DNA of 64,000 nucleotides from Azolla caroliniana (Eukaryota > Plantae > Polypodiophyta): NCBI GenBank assembly GCA_043228905.1, contig JBHGNT010000015.1, positions 14,756,001-14,820,000 of the forward strand, given 5' to 3'. The translations under genes were made by a program, and so were the position numbers. The notes below the pieces were generated by a model. It made no database searches, was not told the DNA's origin, and worked only from the letters and a program-made list of their open reading frames with translations. Shown here piece after piece: positions 1 to 13,269 of this stretch. Numbering within the stretch: the stretch's first letter is position 1; each line of letters starts with the position of its first letter.

Positions 1-321
1 ACAATTCATCGATTGCAAACAAATGATTGATCACAAACACTTTCCAAACAATCCATGGACCATAAGCACTATCAAATAAATGAATCAACGGCAACCTTTA
101 TCCAGTAAATTCACCAAACATGTCAGATTCTCAAACATTTTAAACAATTTTAACCAAATTATCAGATACAAAGATATCCAAAGCTGCACATAATCCAAAA
201 TTCCAAGAACAAAATATCACCATTGTACAAACAATAATAGGAATCGCAAAAGAAAGGAGAGAGGGAGAGAAGGAGGGAAGGAGGGAAGGAAGAAAAGAAA
301 TAGTTTTCTAGATCTTCTTAC

Positions 322-723
322 CTTGTTAACGTTGTAGTTGAGCGGCCATGTGCGAACAAATTCATGGAAATAATTGAGCATATCTAGAGAAGAAGTGAAA
401 AGCTTAGGTCCAACCTTAGCTTCTTCGACCTTCTTCTTCTTCTCTTCTGGAACAACAACATCTCCATCTTGATTTGAACTCTTTTTCCCTACTTCTTCTT
501 GTTCGTCCGGCTCAACGTTCTTTCCATCTCCTACCTCATCTTCGTGGATCTTCATGTCTTCGTCTCTTGTTTCTGCTACAATGGTATCCTTCTCTTCTCC
601 GCCGCCTTCTTCTGCTACTGATACTGCGGGTACTTCTTCTTTGCAAAGCTTCTTTGATGCCGCTTCATCATCTCCGTCTCTCTCTCTCTTGCATCCATCA
701 TCTGTGGATACAACAGCCTCCAT
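322..723 (-). CDS. DOM1: DOMINO1/EMB514-like DUF3223 (DCL family) protein, exon 1; gene continues beyond the left edge of the window
   Basis: ATG at 723-721. Acidic/lysine-rich N-terminus then KVGPKLFTSSLDMLNYFHEFVRTWPLNYNVNK, matching my recollection of Arabidopsis DOMINO1 (KLGPKEFVTSVAMFDYF..FMHFWP..LDVNK). Ends at a GTAAG donor at 321. Telo-box AAACCCTAA near 750. Confidence 0.8.
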
Positions 724-824
724 CAGACGCAGACGCAGAAGCAGAAGCAAAACCCTAACAGCACCAAGGAAAGAAGAAGAGGAGCAGGAGAACCCTACCT
801 CCAGTTCTATTTCTATATGTACAT

Positions 825-1210
825 ATATTTCTTATTTCTTATTTCTTTGCCTTATTTTATTTATTTTTTATTTATATTTGTTTTTGTTTTCATTTTTTAT
901 TTTCGATTTTGTTTTTTATATTTTGGGTTTTGGTTTTGTTTTTCAAATTTTGTTTTTACTTTTTATTTTTTATTTTTTATTTTTTATTTTTTATTTTTTA
1001 TTTTTGGGGTTTTGTTTCTTTTGATTTTTATTTTTCTTATTTATATTTTGTTTTTGTTTTCTACACTTTGTTTTTGTTGTTTTGCTTTTTGGCTTTTGGC
1101 TTTTGGCTTTTGGCTTTTGGCTCTTTGCTTTTTGCTTTTTGCTTTTGGCTCTTTGCTCTTTGTTCTTTGTTTTCTATTTTTGGTTTTCGGTTTTCGGTTT
1201 CGGTTTTTTA
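825..1210. repeat. T-rich low-complexity tract (TTTTA / TTTTGGC / TTTCGG units)
   Basis: Seen directly. It explains the spurious Phe/Leu-rich ORFs 817-1410 and 909-1211. Confidence 0.85.
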
Positions 1211-3680
1211 GAGTGAAGTTCAGTCAAACTATTACTGCTTGCGCTCCTTCGAAAAGTCCAATACACGATGACGCAGAGAGAGCCCACCAATTGCGCCTCG
1301 GACACCACCCACGAGCCCTTAGTTTGTCTGATTTAATGATCATGCCACACCACTCCTCCCTTGTCGGATTTAGGCTAGGGCCGATTGTTGAAGATGTTGT
1401 GCTTGATTAGGTAATGTCCATATATATGCTCAACAGTGCTTGAAATCTCTCCCATTCCAAAATTGTCTGCACAACCATATTGTGTAATCACATAAGGTAA
1501 AGAAGGGGAGCCGGTTGTCACTTGTTTCTTGCAACCCATGATTTCATCATCATATAGATTCATGTTAGGGCACTTGGATTCAACAAAGGTATAAGAGCAT
1601 TCGTTTGATAGTACCTCATAACCAGAAGGTAAAACATAAGCTCATCGTTTATATAATGCACATGCCCTAATAGCAAGATGTACAAAAGTAGTTGCTCGAG
1701 AAAAAACCCATATAATAGGTCAAGCCTACTTGGGCTCAATCTAGCTTGAACAATGCAAACAATAATTGGATGTATCAACAATTTTAATGTATCATTGATC
1801 AATACTTAGCTCTTCATCTAACCCAACACTAAGTTTGGGCGACACGATCCTATGAGGGGACACTTATGTTGGACTTGTTTATCATACATTTTTGTTGTCT
1901 AATACAAATAAGCCACAACAAACAATTAGTAGTTAGCGTGACATTTCCATGTATCATTGTTTCATCTTCAATAATGTGGATTTACGTCTAAATACTCATA
2001 TTGAGAAAGCTAACCATAAGGTTTGTGACTAGTTGGAGAGAATGATATGAATTGATCATATTATTTGTCACAATGTGCATAACATATTCGCTAAAAATAT
2101 GATAATGTGTTGTGTCTCTTTGGATGAGAAACTTAATACAAGAATTCGTCTCACCACCAAATGTAGGTTGTTGAAGATGCACTGGCAAATGAGCTAACAT
2201 CTTCATCTATGAGAGAATTTGTTGGACTATTGTAGATAGCAGCAACATGGCTTTCTTTGCCAATATATGCACGTTTAGATCAAGTAAGTTTAACCCCTAG
2301 AAAGTCTAGCAAAAAATGGCGTTGCCTATGACAAAAGTCTTTCAATATGCTTGGAGCATGAAAATTGAACCAACATTTAAGAAATCAAGGTTTACAACTT
2401 GTCCTTAAGCCAATTGTTAAGAGGTGAGTAATACTGTAGGTAGGCCATTAATATTTGTGATACTAGCATTTGTAACTAGGCATGTAATGGCCATATGGCT
2501 ATTTTCCAATAAGCTAATTGTTGACAACCATTTATTGTTATGCAAGAAAGGATTGAACTTGAGTTAAGAAGTCATCATGCATGTTCTATTGTAGTTGCAT
2601 CTTCCTATGTCGACCATTTTATGTTACGTAAGAAATGGTTTATCGTGAGTTAAGAAGTCATTTCATGCATGTTCTATTGTAGTTGCATCTCCCTATATTA
2701 CATCAACATGTGAAATTGTTCTATAGGTTCGCATGTAACATAAATAACCTATCCAATTAAACAAAGTCATTTGAATGAGTAGAGTGATGGAATGCTCCTC
2801 CTCTAACAACATATGTGAATGACCAATATTATTATCATGTAGATAGGATGGCATGTCATGAAACAATAGAGCTTTGCTTCATGAAGCATCAAGAGCATAT
2901 ACTCCAACAAATAAAAACACAATCCCATTAATTTTGCCTCGAAGAACCATCCATCTACCTAAATTTTCATTTTATGCTAACAATGGATTAAGCTTTTGCC
3001 TTACACTAATCACTACATTTGACTTTGCATTTTCACTAGTATAAAAGATGTCATGGCCTCCAATGTGCCATATATGACCAAAAACTCACGTTCTTTGTGT
3101 TCTTGAACATAAGTTATATCAACTTTATGCTGAGTAATGTAGCACCAAAACAATCTCTAGTTGCCAGGGTTATTAAGACCCACTATATTGTAGGAAATAC
3201 ATTTAATCAAACAAATCATTGAAACAATCAACGAGAACAAATGTTCACCTCCTCAATCATAGAATGATAAACAAAATCGATATTTCCATGTTTATTAACG
3301 TCAATGTAGGAATATTTGGCTACTTTCTTTCACGCATCTGACACAAATATACGCTAATTCCACTGGATGGGGTGTGTTGACCATCAATCAAGTACGTGTG
3401 TCACGTATGACTAGGGTTTTCTTACTTCAATCATTTCCTTATGCGTTTGTTAGCCTTCTTTATTCTAGTTGTTCCACAAGTTTGTTGGTAGGGTAACAAA
3501 ATCAACATGACAATTGTAGTTAAGTTTAACTTTACATTTGCCGTGTATTACATGTTTGATGTGATATTTGGACATCTCGTGTTATGTCTTCTTCTTTTTC
3601 AAAACAAAATATCCTTCCATTAGTTGTATAAAAAGGTTATAAAAACTACAACATACAAAGTATTTTTTCCCGAAGCCCGT

Positions 3681-4083
3681 CTAGCGTAAGACAATGGTTG
3701 AGGAAACAAATCTATGTACTCCAAAGTAGAGAAAACAATCCACTAATTTGCAGGCTATTCCATATCCATAGACAACAATAAAAGTAGCTATATTCGGAAA
3801 CAAGCCCTCGCTGCTCATAGTTATGAACCATTTCAATACTTCTTCAACTTGCTCTTGTTCAACATAATCTTTATCCAAGAAGCCAAATGCTACCACAAGC
3901 TTTCAAGGTAGAGAACGGTGTGTTCCATGCCTGTACATCTCGGATTTGAAGGCAATCAATTATCAAATATGTTATTGCTTTTTCAACAGAACTACATTTC
4001 ACATTCGTGATTGTAAACTCAACAAGTATGCTTTCTCTTTCCACATCAACCATCTCGCCGGTTACCACCAAAATCCTGTACAT
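3681..4083 (-). pseudogene. Degenerate PLS-class PPR gene fragment
   Basis: Frameshifted pieces VKCSSVEKA..DCLQIRDVQAWN, STLKACGS.. and YVEQEQVEEVLKWFITMSSEGLFPNIATF resemble PLS-PPR repeat consensus. Confidence 0.55.
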
Positions 4084-5050
4084 ACAACAACAAAGTAAGT
4101 CAAGTTTCCTCCTCTCCTCATGAACTTATGCTTCGGCCTCCATACCATCATCACTTATCCTTATCAAAAACATAAAAATTGTTTCGTTAAGTCCACATAA
4201 ACCATCTTGCCGATTACCACCAAGTTCATGCACATATAACAATAAAATGAGTTTAAATTCGTGTTATGTCTTTACTAGCAATAACTCTTGATAATGGCCC
4301 GTTAAGAGGCTAAATAGTTGGAAACAAAAAATCAATTTGCCTGTACCCAAATTGATCACACGTCTAACACGCCCCAACAAATTTCCCCCATTTCAATTAA
4401 AATGACACGGACCAAATGATTTGGTCATCAACGACATCCATTGCCATCATCAACCTAGAAATGGCTTCTTTTCATTTCTTATTCCTACATACCACAAAAC
4501 TACTCCCCTTCCTTGACATTGGACATGGCTTCTTTTCATTTCCTATTCCAACATGCCATTATTTGTAAGTTGAAAACAAAAGCTAGTATGACTTACTTGA
4601 TTTGGATGTAAAACGCCATATGTAATGAAGGCCACATGAAATTCATCGATTTTAGTTAGTAGCTCAGCTCCATACAAAGTAGCTCGCACCCTTAAATAAA
4701 AGAAGCTCACGTAATCAACACTTGCTTGCCAATGTTGCATTCAGCTCAATCACAACTTTGGATACAATCCTACACATCTCTAGTTCAAACATTGAAATGT
4801 TCGTTCAATGCAATGTGCGGTCCACGTTCCTTCCCACATAGCCTCAGAAAAGCACATCAACATGGAAGAATCCAGAAAGGCACATATGTGGGTTCCAACA
4901 ACCCTAAACCCCCAGGTTGTCAGGCACATATCATCAATCTTTTTCTCGCACGAGATGATGGATATGTAACCTAATGTTCACTTGTTTGCGGAAGCATTTT
5001 AGACAATATCTTGGGAGGGAAGGGGGGGTTGTTGTTTCGGGTCCTACTAC

Positions 5051-5365
5051 TAAACCCTAAAAGTGCATAACCCCTAAAAAGGATTGCTAATAAACCCTAA
5101 AAAAGGATTGCTAATAAACCCTAAAAAAGACAGCTAATAAACCCTAAAAAGGACGGCTAATAAACCCTAAAAGGACAACTAATAAACCCTAAAAAGGACG
5201 GCTAATAAACCCTAACAAGGACTGATACGAAACCCTAAAAGCGCATAAACCCTAAAAAGGACTGCTAATAAACCCTAAAAGTGCATAAACCCTAAAAAAG
5301 ACTGCCAGTACGTACATAACTGCCTGCGGATTTTACTGCATGGGGCCCACCACGAAACCCTAAAA
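5051..5365 (+). promoter_or_regulatory. Tandem telo-box (AAACCCTAA) array of ~17-24 bp units plus a site II-like GGGCCC element upstream of the helicase
   Basis: About 12 AAACCCTA copies in units such as TAAACCCTAAAAAGGACTGCTAA. TGGGGCCCAC at 5341-5350, then a (CT)n tract near 5385-5412. Confidence 0.75.
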
Positions 5366-5542
5366 GTGAACGAATAAGGGCAGTCTCTCTCTAATCTCTC
5401 TCTCTCTCTCTCATAATTAGGTCAAGACAGTCATCATTAGAAGAAGAAGAAGAAGAAGAAGAAGGAGAAGAAGCAGAAGCAGGAGAAAGACTCTCTGCTT
5501 CCCTCCCCTGCTTCCATCATCCCCATCCTCCTCTCTGAAGAC

Positions 5543-8500
5543 ATGTCCATCCACTCTGTTGCCAGGAAACACAACAATCCTTCCCCCCCTCCCCCTCCTT
5601 CCAAGAGAAAGAGAGACCTTCCTTCCGTGGATGGCCCCGAGTCAATGCTCTCAAAGCAGCAGCAGCAGAAGAAGAAGAAGAGAAAGAAGAAGACCAAAGG
5701 ATTGAATGTGGCCGATAAGAACCCCGTTGATTTATCAAAGTTTGGATCGGATGAAGAGCCATGCGAGGAGGACATTGTCGCTCAGGAGGAACCATCTCAT
5801 CTTACAAAGACAAGGTTAGCGAGAACCAATTCCCTCTTTCTGAATGATTATTGTGTATGTATGTGTGCTTATGTCTGTCTGTAGGTGTGCTTGTCTGCAT
5901 GTACGCACATATTTATGTCTGTTTGAGCATATATGCTTCGACGTACCTAGGTATGTATTGCGTGCAGTGTATTGATTTGCATCTGTATTTAGTATGAATG
6001 CACGCAGACATGTATGTGTGTGCATTCATATTTGTAGCTTATGATAAATAAATCACATGGAAATTGACATTTACTCATATACAGGGATGCATGGCATGTA
6101 TATGATCTCAGTATGTAGATAGATGGAAGGTGCATTTAAAGATAAACATGGTGTTGAAATTGGGGGCATATTTAAAAATATTGTGTACATTCAGTCAGAA
6201 ATTGAGGGGAGAAACTTAATACAAGAATGTTTTGGATCTGACATTTAACCTTTCTTTTTGTGATGTGTTTAAGATTTGACACGTTTGACATATCTCCGGA
6301 TTCAATTAAGGCTCTTCATACTGTTTTAAAGTATGAGACGATGACTCAAGTGCAAGAAGCTACCTTTCCTGTGATCTTACAAGGTACTTCAACCTTATGT
6401 GATCTGAAAGAAGCTAGAAACATGTTTCATTCTAATTTGTAATGCTAGTTTTGCTCCCAACACTTTCAAGCATGGAAAATATTTATCTCATTTTCAGGTC
6501 AGGATTGTTTAGCGAAAGCGAGAACTGGTACAGGAAAGACGATTGCTTTTTTGGTGAGTTTTTCACCATAGAATCACAAAGGATTCCTAAAATGCTTTCA
6601 TTTCCCCCTGTATGTTAATATGTTTTGTGAAAAGTCAGATGAGCACATTTTGTCTAAATAGTGTTATCATGTTTCTCTTTGGTAACTTCTTCTCCTTTTG
6701 TATAGCTCCCTGCGATAGAGGCAATTTTGAAGGAACCAGAAGGAAAGTCAAGAAATCCTATACATGTGCTCGTTGTATGTCCCACACGAGAATTAGCACA
6801 ACAAGCTGCAAAAGAAGCTCAAGTATTGTTAACATTTCATAGAGGTCTTGGTGCACAAGTTGTTTATGGAGGCAAGCCAATGCACACAGAGCAGATGAAC
6901 TTGTCTAGGAATCCATGCCAGGTATGTATAAATAACTAAATACCGAAAAACCTTATCAGGGATTTAGATGCATATTTTTGATGTGACATGTATTTTTAAA
7001 TTTTCACCTTTTAAAGGGTCTCCAAGGAATCTGGGAGCTCAATTTTTGTACAAAAGTCAACTCCACCCATCACTTATGATACTTCTATGGATTTTTCTTG
7101 TGAATTAATAAGCACTCTTTTTTGACACAATTATTTTTATGATTTGGCTATAGATACTCACCGGTACACCTGGTAGGTTGGTCGACCATATACAGAGAAC
7201 TCCAGAGTTGGCAAAGCAGTTGAAAGCCGTGAAGCTATTTGTATTGGATGAAGCTGATAGAATGTTAGATATGGGATTTCGTGAGAGTTTGCACAAAATC
7301 ATGCAAGCCTTGCCTGATAAAAGGCAAACTCTACTGTTTTCTGCAACTGTACCACAAGAGGTCGGTCTTTTACGAACTGGTGCTTTTAAGAAGGTTCTTA
7401 AATATAAACTCTTTATACAAAGCCATCTTTATCTTGTTTCAGGTGCACAACATTACTAAGGTTGCACTAAGAGATGACTACGTGTTTATTGATGCCGTCG
7501 GGAAAGACAATCAGGACACCCATGCGAAGGTCTGTCAGATTGGGTTCATACTTATTGTGGTGCCATGTCTCAAAGATATAATTCTGTAATTTTTCATATG
7601 TACCTTTAAATTTTACATGAAGTCTTCTTGTCAGTACTATCAGCAAGAAACTAGGTCTGATAGGAAAACATCCTGCCACTTCCTTTGAAGGGTTCTTCAT
7701 CTACTTAACAGAATCACACTTTTTGTGTTTCATGTCATCATATTCCTTTCTTCAGGTTAAGCAGCAGTACATTGTTGTGCCTCTGGAGCAACAACTGATG
7801 GTTGTACATGCATCTCTCAGAGAACATATGGCAATTGATACACAGTATAAGGTTGGTAACTTGAGAAGCCCTTTCTTTCACAATTATTGTGTCAACATCA
7901 AAATCTTAGGTTTAAGATGGTGATAATATCTTCTTTAAATGCAGATTATTGTGTTCTGCACAACTGCAAGAGTGACTGCCTTTATGGCCAAGCTGTTCTC
8001 TAACCTCGGATTCAACTCTAGAGAGATACATTCAAGAAAAGATCAACGTAATCGGACTCGTGTATCTGATGAGTTTCGCCAGTCCAAGGGTGGCATTATA
8101 CTCTTCACCTCTGATGTCTCTGCTCGGGGTGTTGATTATCCGAATGTGACCCTTGTTGTCCAGGTAAAGTTGGTTTGGAGTTAATCTTCTCTTCATAATT
8201 TTTATCGTTGGGCATCTATCTACATGGGCACATATTACACACCAGAATTTTGAGGGAAAAATGAAGGGAAGAATGTTTTAGCTTTTGTTTCTTTCTCACA
8301 ATTGTGCTTTTTATAAAAAATTTGATGAGGAGTGAGTATGTAAGGTCTTATATGCATCTAGGAATCAGATTTAAGAGGGCCACAATTGTTCATGAGAGAT
8401 GTATTATTGCGTGGCCTTGCAGCCTTGGAATCACTAGAAAGGTGATATCCCAAGATACAATTCCAAGAACTGAGGATATACTTTTGAATACTCCTCAGTC

Positions 8501-11292
8501 TAATACTGCTCTTTGAGGCAAAAGTTTGTGAACCTAGCGTGTATTGCAGTAGAAGAGAGCCATTGGCTGGGTAATATGGGTGAGAGAGAGACTTGCATGT
8601 TGGCTGGCTGCCCCTAGAACGAATGCTAGTTATGGTGGTGGTAGCATAGCGCAAGCCATCAGTACCTCATAAAATTTTGTACCAATGGTCATCGAAGCCC
8701 GCTCCATGTGTTGTGAAATTCCTTGGGAGACTGGGGTGGTCCCCAAACTAAGATATCCTCCACATGTAACACTTCGCTCATTTAAACAACTAGCAATGGA
8801 AGGAGACACCTGATGCTAATATACACAAATAAACACTAGGCTCAAAATTCATGGAATTGTAATTGATGATCTTTCCAATATCACCTTAATTGCCCGTCTG
8901 GAACTAGTATGTAATCGGAATCTACATTGTGAAGCTGAACATACCAAGTTCCTAAAATATAGTATTGGATGGATTCGTTAACCCATCCCCCCAAGATATA
9001 TGGATACTCCCCTCACTTGGTGTAAGATGTATAATTTGGTCTGTTTGCACCTCAATTCTGGATGTAGACAAACAGGAAGATATGACGGTGGTCTGGAACC
9101 TAATGACTGTCTCTACTAGGGGGCAGAGACCGTGGAACATCACATTATTTCTAGCAACGGAAACCAAACTGTTAAGGGAAAATTTAGAACCAAACCAAAC
9201 TGGTTTATCATAAATCAAAACCAGAATAAACCAAACCATTTTTGACAGATACTGATCATCATACTTAGTATAAATTTGAGTGAGAATCATAAATTTTGTT
9301 ATCATACTTATCATAAATTTGGTCATTATACTTATCATTAATTTGATCATCATAAATGAAAAGGAGACTCTGCATATAATGCATATAAAATTTAATAAGT
9401 TAAAACTAGGGTTTAAAATTAAAAGTTGAAAGTTAGAGCCTATATGGAAAATTTACTGAGTATTCTTAACCATAAACCTTTAAACTAAACCACATAAACT
9501 GAAACCGGTGAATTGCTACACCGCTAAACCATAAACCACATAAACTGAAACCGATGAATTGCTAAACTGCTAAACCATGAAATTCAAAACCGAACCGAAC
9601 AGAATAGTAACATTTGAAACCAAACCAAGCTGTGTATTTATCTTCGAACCAATAAACCGTTAAGCCATGGTTTAATCGTTCGGTTCGGTTTCAGTGAAAC
9701 TGGGCCCATTGCTAATTATATCACTGCATTGCCATAAATGAGAAATGTGGAAGGTGCCATTGTTCTTTTAGGCAAGATTTAAACCCTTACAATTTAAAGC
9801 ATCATAGATTTCCAAGGACCATGTATGCGTGGGATTCTTCTAGCTTGAACTTAAATGACATGGAGAGAAACCCTTGAAAAATAATGAAATATGTCTTCTG
9901 GCAAGCCAATCCGACCTGGACAAAGAACTATCACCAAAACTATTCATGGAAGTTCCACTTCCATCCTCCTATGTTGTATGGTGGGGTACATTATATAGAA
10001 CATTCTGGGGTGTGCTCCCAACTCATTGTATTGTATTTCTGTTGCCATATGCATTTGCTGTAAGGTTCATTTATTGAAAAAACAGTGGCTTACAAACTAT
10101 TTGAAAACCTGTGCTTTTAATAGCATGCTATGTTAAGACCTTATTTCTCTAGTGTATGGAACAGTTATTGATATCTGTTGATTGTTTGTTTCAGGTTGGG
10201 GCAGCTTCTGATTTAGAGCAGTATATTCATAGGCTCGGACGAACAGGGCGTGCCGGTAAGACAGGTGAAGGTCTACTGATTCTTGCTCCTTGGGAAGATT
10301 ACTTTCTGAAGAAACTTGAATCGACCAAGGTCTCTATTACACCAATGCCATCTCCAAAGATAACTTCACAGGGCAACACAAAAGTTAGTCCCCATCTCTT
10401 GCTCTCTCTCTCTCTGGGTTGCAGTTCTTGTTTTTAGTATTCTATTCTTATCAAAATATGCAGGCATATATTACATACATGTGCATGCATTTAGTTTAGA
10501 AAAGAAATGCTATAAATCAGCATTGGATCTTCTTTACTTGTTTTTACTATTCTATTCTTATCACAATATGCAGGCATATATTACATACGTGTGCATGCAT
10601 TTAGTTTAGAAAAGAAATGCTATAAATCAGCATTGGAGCTTCTTTACTTGTTTTTAATATTCTATTCTTATCACAATATGCAGGCATATATTATATACAT
10701 GTGTATGCATTTAGTTTATAAAAGAAATGCTATAAATCAGCATTGGATCTTCTTTACTTGTTTTTAATATTCTATTCTTATCACAATATGCAGGCATATA
10801 TTATATACACGTGCATGCATTTAGTTTATAAAAGAAGTTCTATAAATCAACATTGGATCTTCTTTACTTGTATACAGATCCTTGTTCACTTCGGTAGATT
10901 CATTCTATACATATACATATTATTATTGTCATGAATCATGATAATGTACACACTGCTTATCTTTATAGTATGACAATTTGATCATGTTTTTTTAAAACAT
11001 ATATTTTTAAGAACAAAAATGCTAATTTAAGAATAAATTCTTTGGTTGAATGTGGAAAATATAGATTCTTTCAGCTGCTACTCAGATGGATTCCAAGATA
11101 AGAGAGACAGCCTATCAAGCTTGGCTCGGCTATTATAGGTCTTTGAAAGGTGTGACACTGGACAAGAAGAAGCTAGTTGAGTATGCCAACCAATTCAGTT
11201 CTTCTATGGGTTTCACTGAGCCTCCTGCCCTAGCAAGAAGGCTCCTTTTAAAGATGAATCTCTTGGGAGTGCCAGGAATAAGAGTATATTGA
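5543..11292 (+). CDS. DEAD-box ATP-dependent RNA helicase (plant RH25/26/31/48-like, Mss116/DDX18 group), 10 exons
   Basis: GT-AG exons, in frame at the junctions: 5543-5814, 6274-6383, 6498-6553, 6706-6921, 7154-7360, 7443-7529, 7756-7851, 7945-8163, 10195-10383, 11065-11292. Motifs: Q (FDTF..MTQVQ), I AKARTGTGKT, Ia PTRELA, Ib TPGRL, II DEAD, III SAT, V SARGVD, VI HRLGRTGRAG, C-terminal AYQAWLGYY. Confidence 0.93.
9152..9714. mobile_element. hAT-type MITE in helicase intron 8
   Basis: TIR TAGCAACGG...CCATTGCTA. 8-bp TSD ATTATTTC/ATTATATC (7/8). Subterminal AAACCG/AAACCA repeats. Confidence 0.75.
10428..10870. repeat. 110-bp minisatellite, 4 copies, in helicase intron 9
   Basis: TCTATTCTTATCA recurs at 10441, 10551, 10661 and 10771 with near-identical units. 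Confidence 0.95.
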
Positions 11293-12710
11293 GAAAGCCA
11301 TGGAATAATGGCATATTGAGAAGGGGTTCTACTTGTATCTCTCTCATATCTCACTGATGAAGTGTGCCGTGTGTGCATTCACACATGTTGGAGGTACTGA
11401 TTTCGTATTATTTTCAGTCCATATTGGTGTGGACATTATAGGTGCCTGTGCCCATGCCATCACAGATGTGCACGATTGATGTAACTACTTGAGAAATTTT
11501 GGTACTTAACATATATTGGGCGACTCAACCGTCCTAACACTTTTATTCAACATTAAAATCAGCCTTCTTTAAGGTTGTTGAAATTTTGTACTTGATTGAG
11601 CCAGTATGCTTAATTTTTATCAGAGTGTAATTTCAGGTATGTTGGTGAAAAGATTGGTGGATAGTATCAATTTTCCATGTCATTGAATTGTAAGGAAGAT
11701 GATATCTCAATATATGAGATTCTTGTTGATTTTCTAATGTAATAAAGCGAAGTTTCAACCAAATTCTACACCATGAGTTAGGTTCTCCTCTTTCAACAAA
11801 TATTATGAAACGACTTCTGCTATTTCTTTCTTTTTTGAACCAAAGCGAAAACACATTTGACGTTAACTGCCTTCCCTCTTTTTATGCTAAAAAGAAGTCT
11901 TAAGTAGAGTGTAATTGGTTTAGCTAATGGAAACTTGTCGGCACTCATGGAAAATGCTGATTGTGGATTTGAAAGATGCTGATTCCTACACTTGAGTACT
12001 GTCTGTGTGTAATGGATTGTATACCACCGTGACTTTGATTGTTGTCTTGTTGATGCATTCAGTTTGCTTTTAAGTGTTCATTTGCCATAGTTCTTGTAGC
12101 TCATCAATGTGAAGTTGAACATCCTTTGGAATATATGTGATTTTCCAGTTTCACATTGTTTGATAAATTACTCAATACATTTGCCCATGAGAAACAATGA
12201 CATAAGTATCATGAGAGAGGGGGATCAGTTGCAACCAGGTATGTGTTTGTGACAATGCGAAAAGAGAAAAGTTCTCACATTTGAAATGGGGGAGATAACT
12301 ATGAGAAGTGTCAATTTGGTACTTAGGCTCTAGACCAACTTGTAGTTGGCCAGGGTTTTGAACATAAACCCAAAGTTTAATTAGTATAGTTGGGCTCACA
12401 ACTTAACTCACTTGTCCTAAGTTGGAAAATATAGAGCCCTGATATTCTTTTAGCTAAGGCACAACTCTTTCCTAGAAAGCAATCCATTTCCACAAGTCCA
12501 GGTACAAGTGTCATTCATGATATGGGACTGGTCAATGGGTGTTCGACTTGAGCATAGTCAATTGGCATGATGGTCTAATATTTTGTTTTCAGTTCTTAGA
12601 ATCACTCCCAAATATCATGAATTAGCAAGTAGACGTGCTAGATCCCTTGAGGTACACTGATCAAAGTGCTTAAGCAAGACATGGAAAGGTTTAGCTCACA
12701 CACAATCTAC

Positions 12711-13136
12711 TGTTATGTACACATAACATAGGTGAGGGTAGGCCACTAATATTTATATAAGTGAAGGGTATGTTCACTAATGTTAAAAAGGGGACTAATG
12801 TGATTGGATAGAAGGAACGATAGGTGCATGCACTATCATGATTTGGACAACCAATGAATGGAGAGCCTTTTAGAAAGGCACATCTATTTAAGGGGCCTAG
12901 GAAGAAGTATAAATATGAGGCTTAGCTACCCTCATAAGCACATTACGTCAAAAGGCTGCTATCTTAGACGCTGGTGATGTGGGCTAGGCTTTCGTCTCGA
13001 CGATTGTGTTATCTCTTCCAAGGTATTAGTCATCCTAATATCCGGCGGTGGTTGGGTGGAACGAGTTCTTCTATCCAATCTATTTTCCTTCTTTTTACTT
13101 CATTTTGGTTTATTGATTAGTATTAGACTCTTAACA
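12711..13136 (+). mobile_element. Solo LTR (426 bp)
   Basis: TG...CA termini, perfect 5-bp TSD TCTAC, TATAAATA near 12908. Related segments lie at 14834-14925 (reverse) and near 63465-63520. Confidence 0.85.
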
Positions 13137-13269
13137 TCTACTTTCCCTAATCATCATTGGATCCTTTGTGTATGTTTATACATTTTGAGTGTTTGATGTG
13201 CATGAGTAATTGACATTTGAAAATTCATTGAAAGAGCTTTTTCTTGCGTTTGTAACTTTAATGTCACAA

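Noticed and set aside
554-1410. Long Phe/Leu-rich ORFs that look like membrane proteins
   Set aside because: They are translations of the T-rich tract and the antisense of DOMINO1 exon 1.
1375-3300. Possible decayed transposase coding remnant
   Set aside because: No recognisable motif could be assigned by eye. It needs a profile search.
5051-5300. CRISPR-like repeat-spacer array or true interstitial telomere
   Set aside because: Eukaryotic context, the spacers are themselves repeated, and the heptamers are not contiguous (CCCTAAA)n.
8700-8800. Possible tRNA-derived SINE head (minus strand) in helicase intron 8
   Set aside because: A/B-box matches are too poor and no TSD or tail was found.
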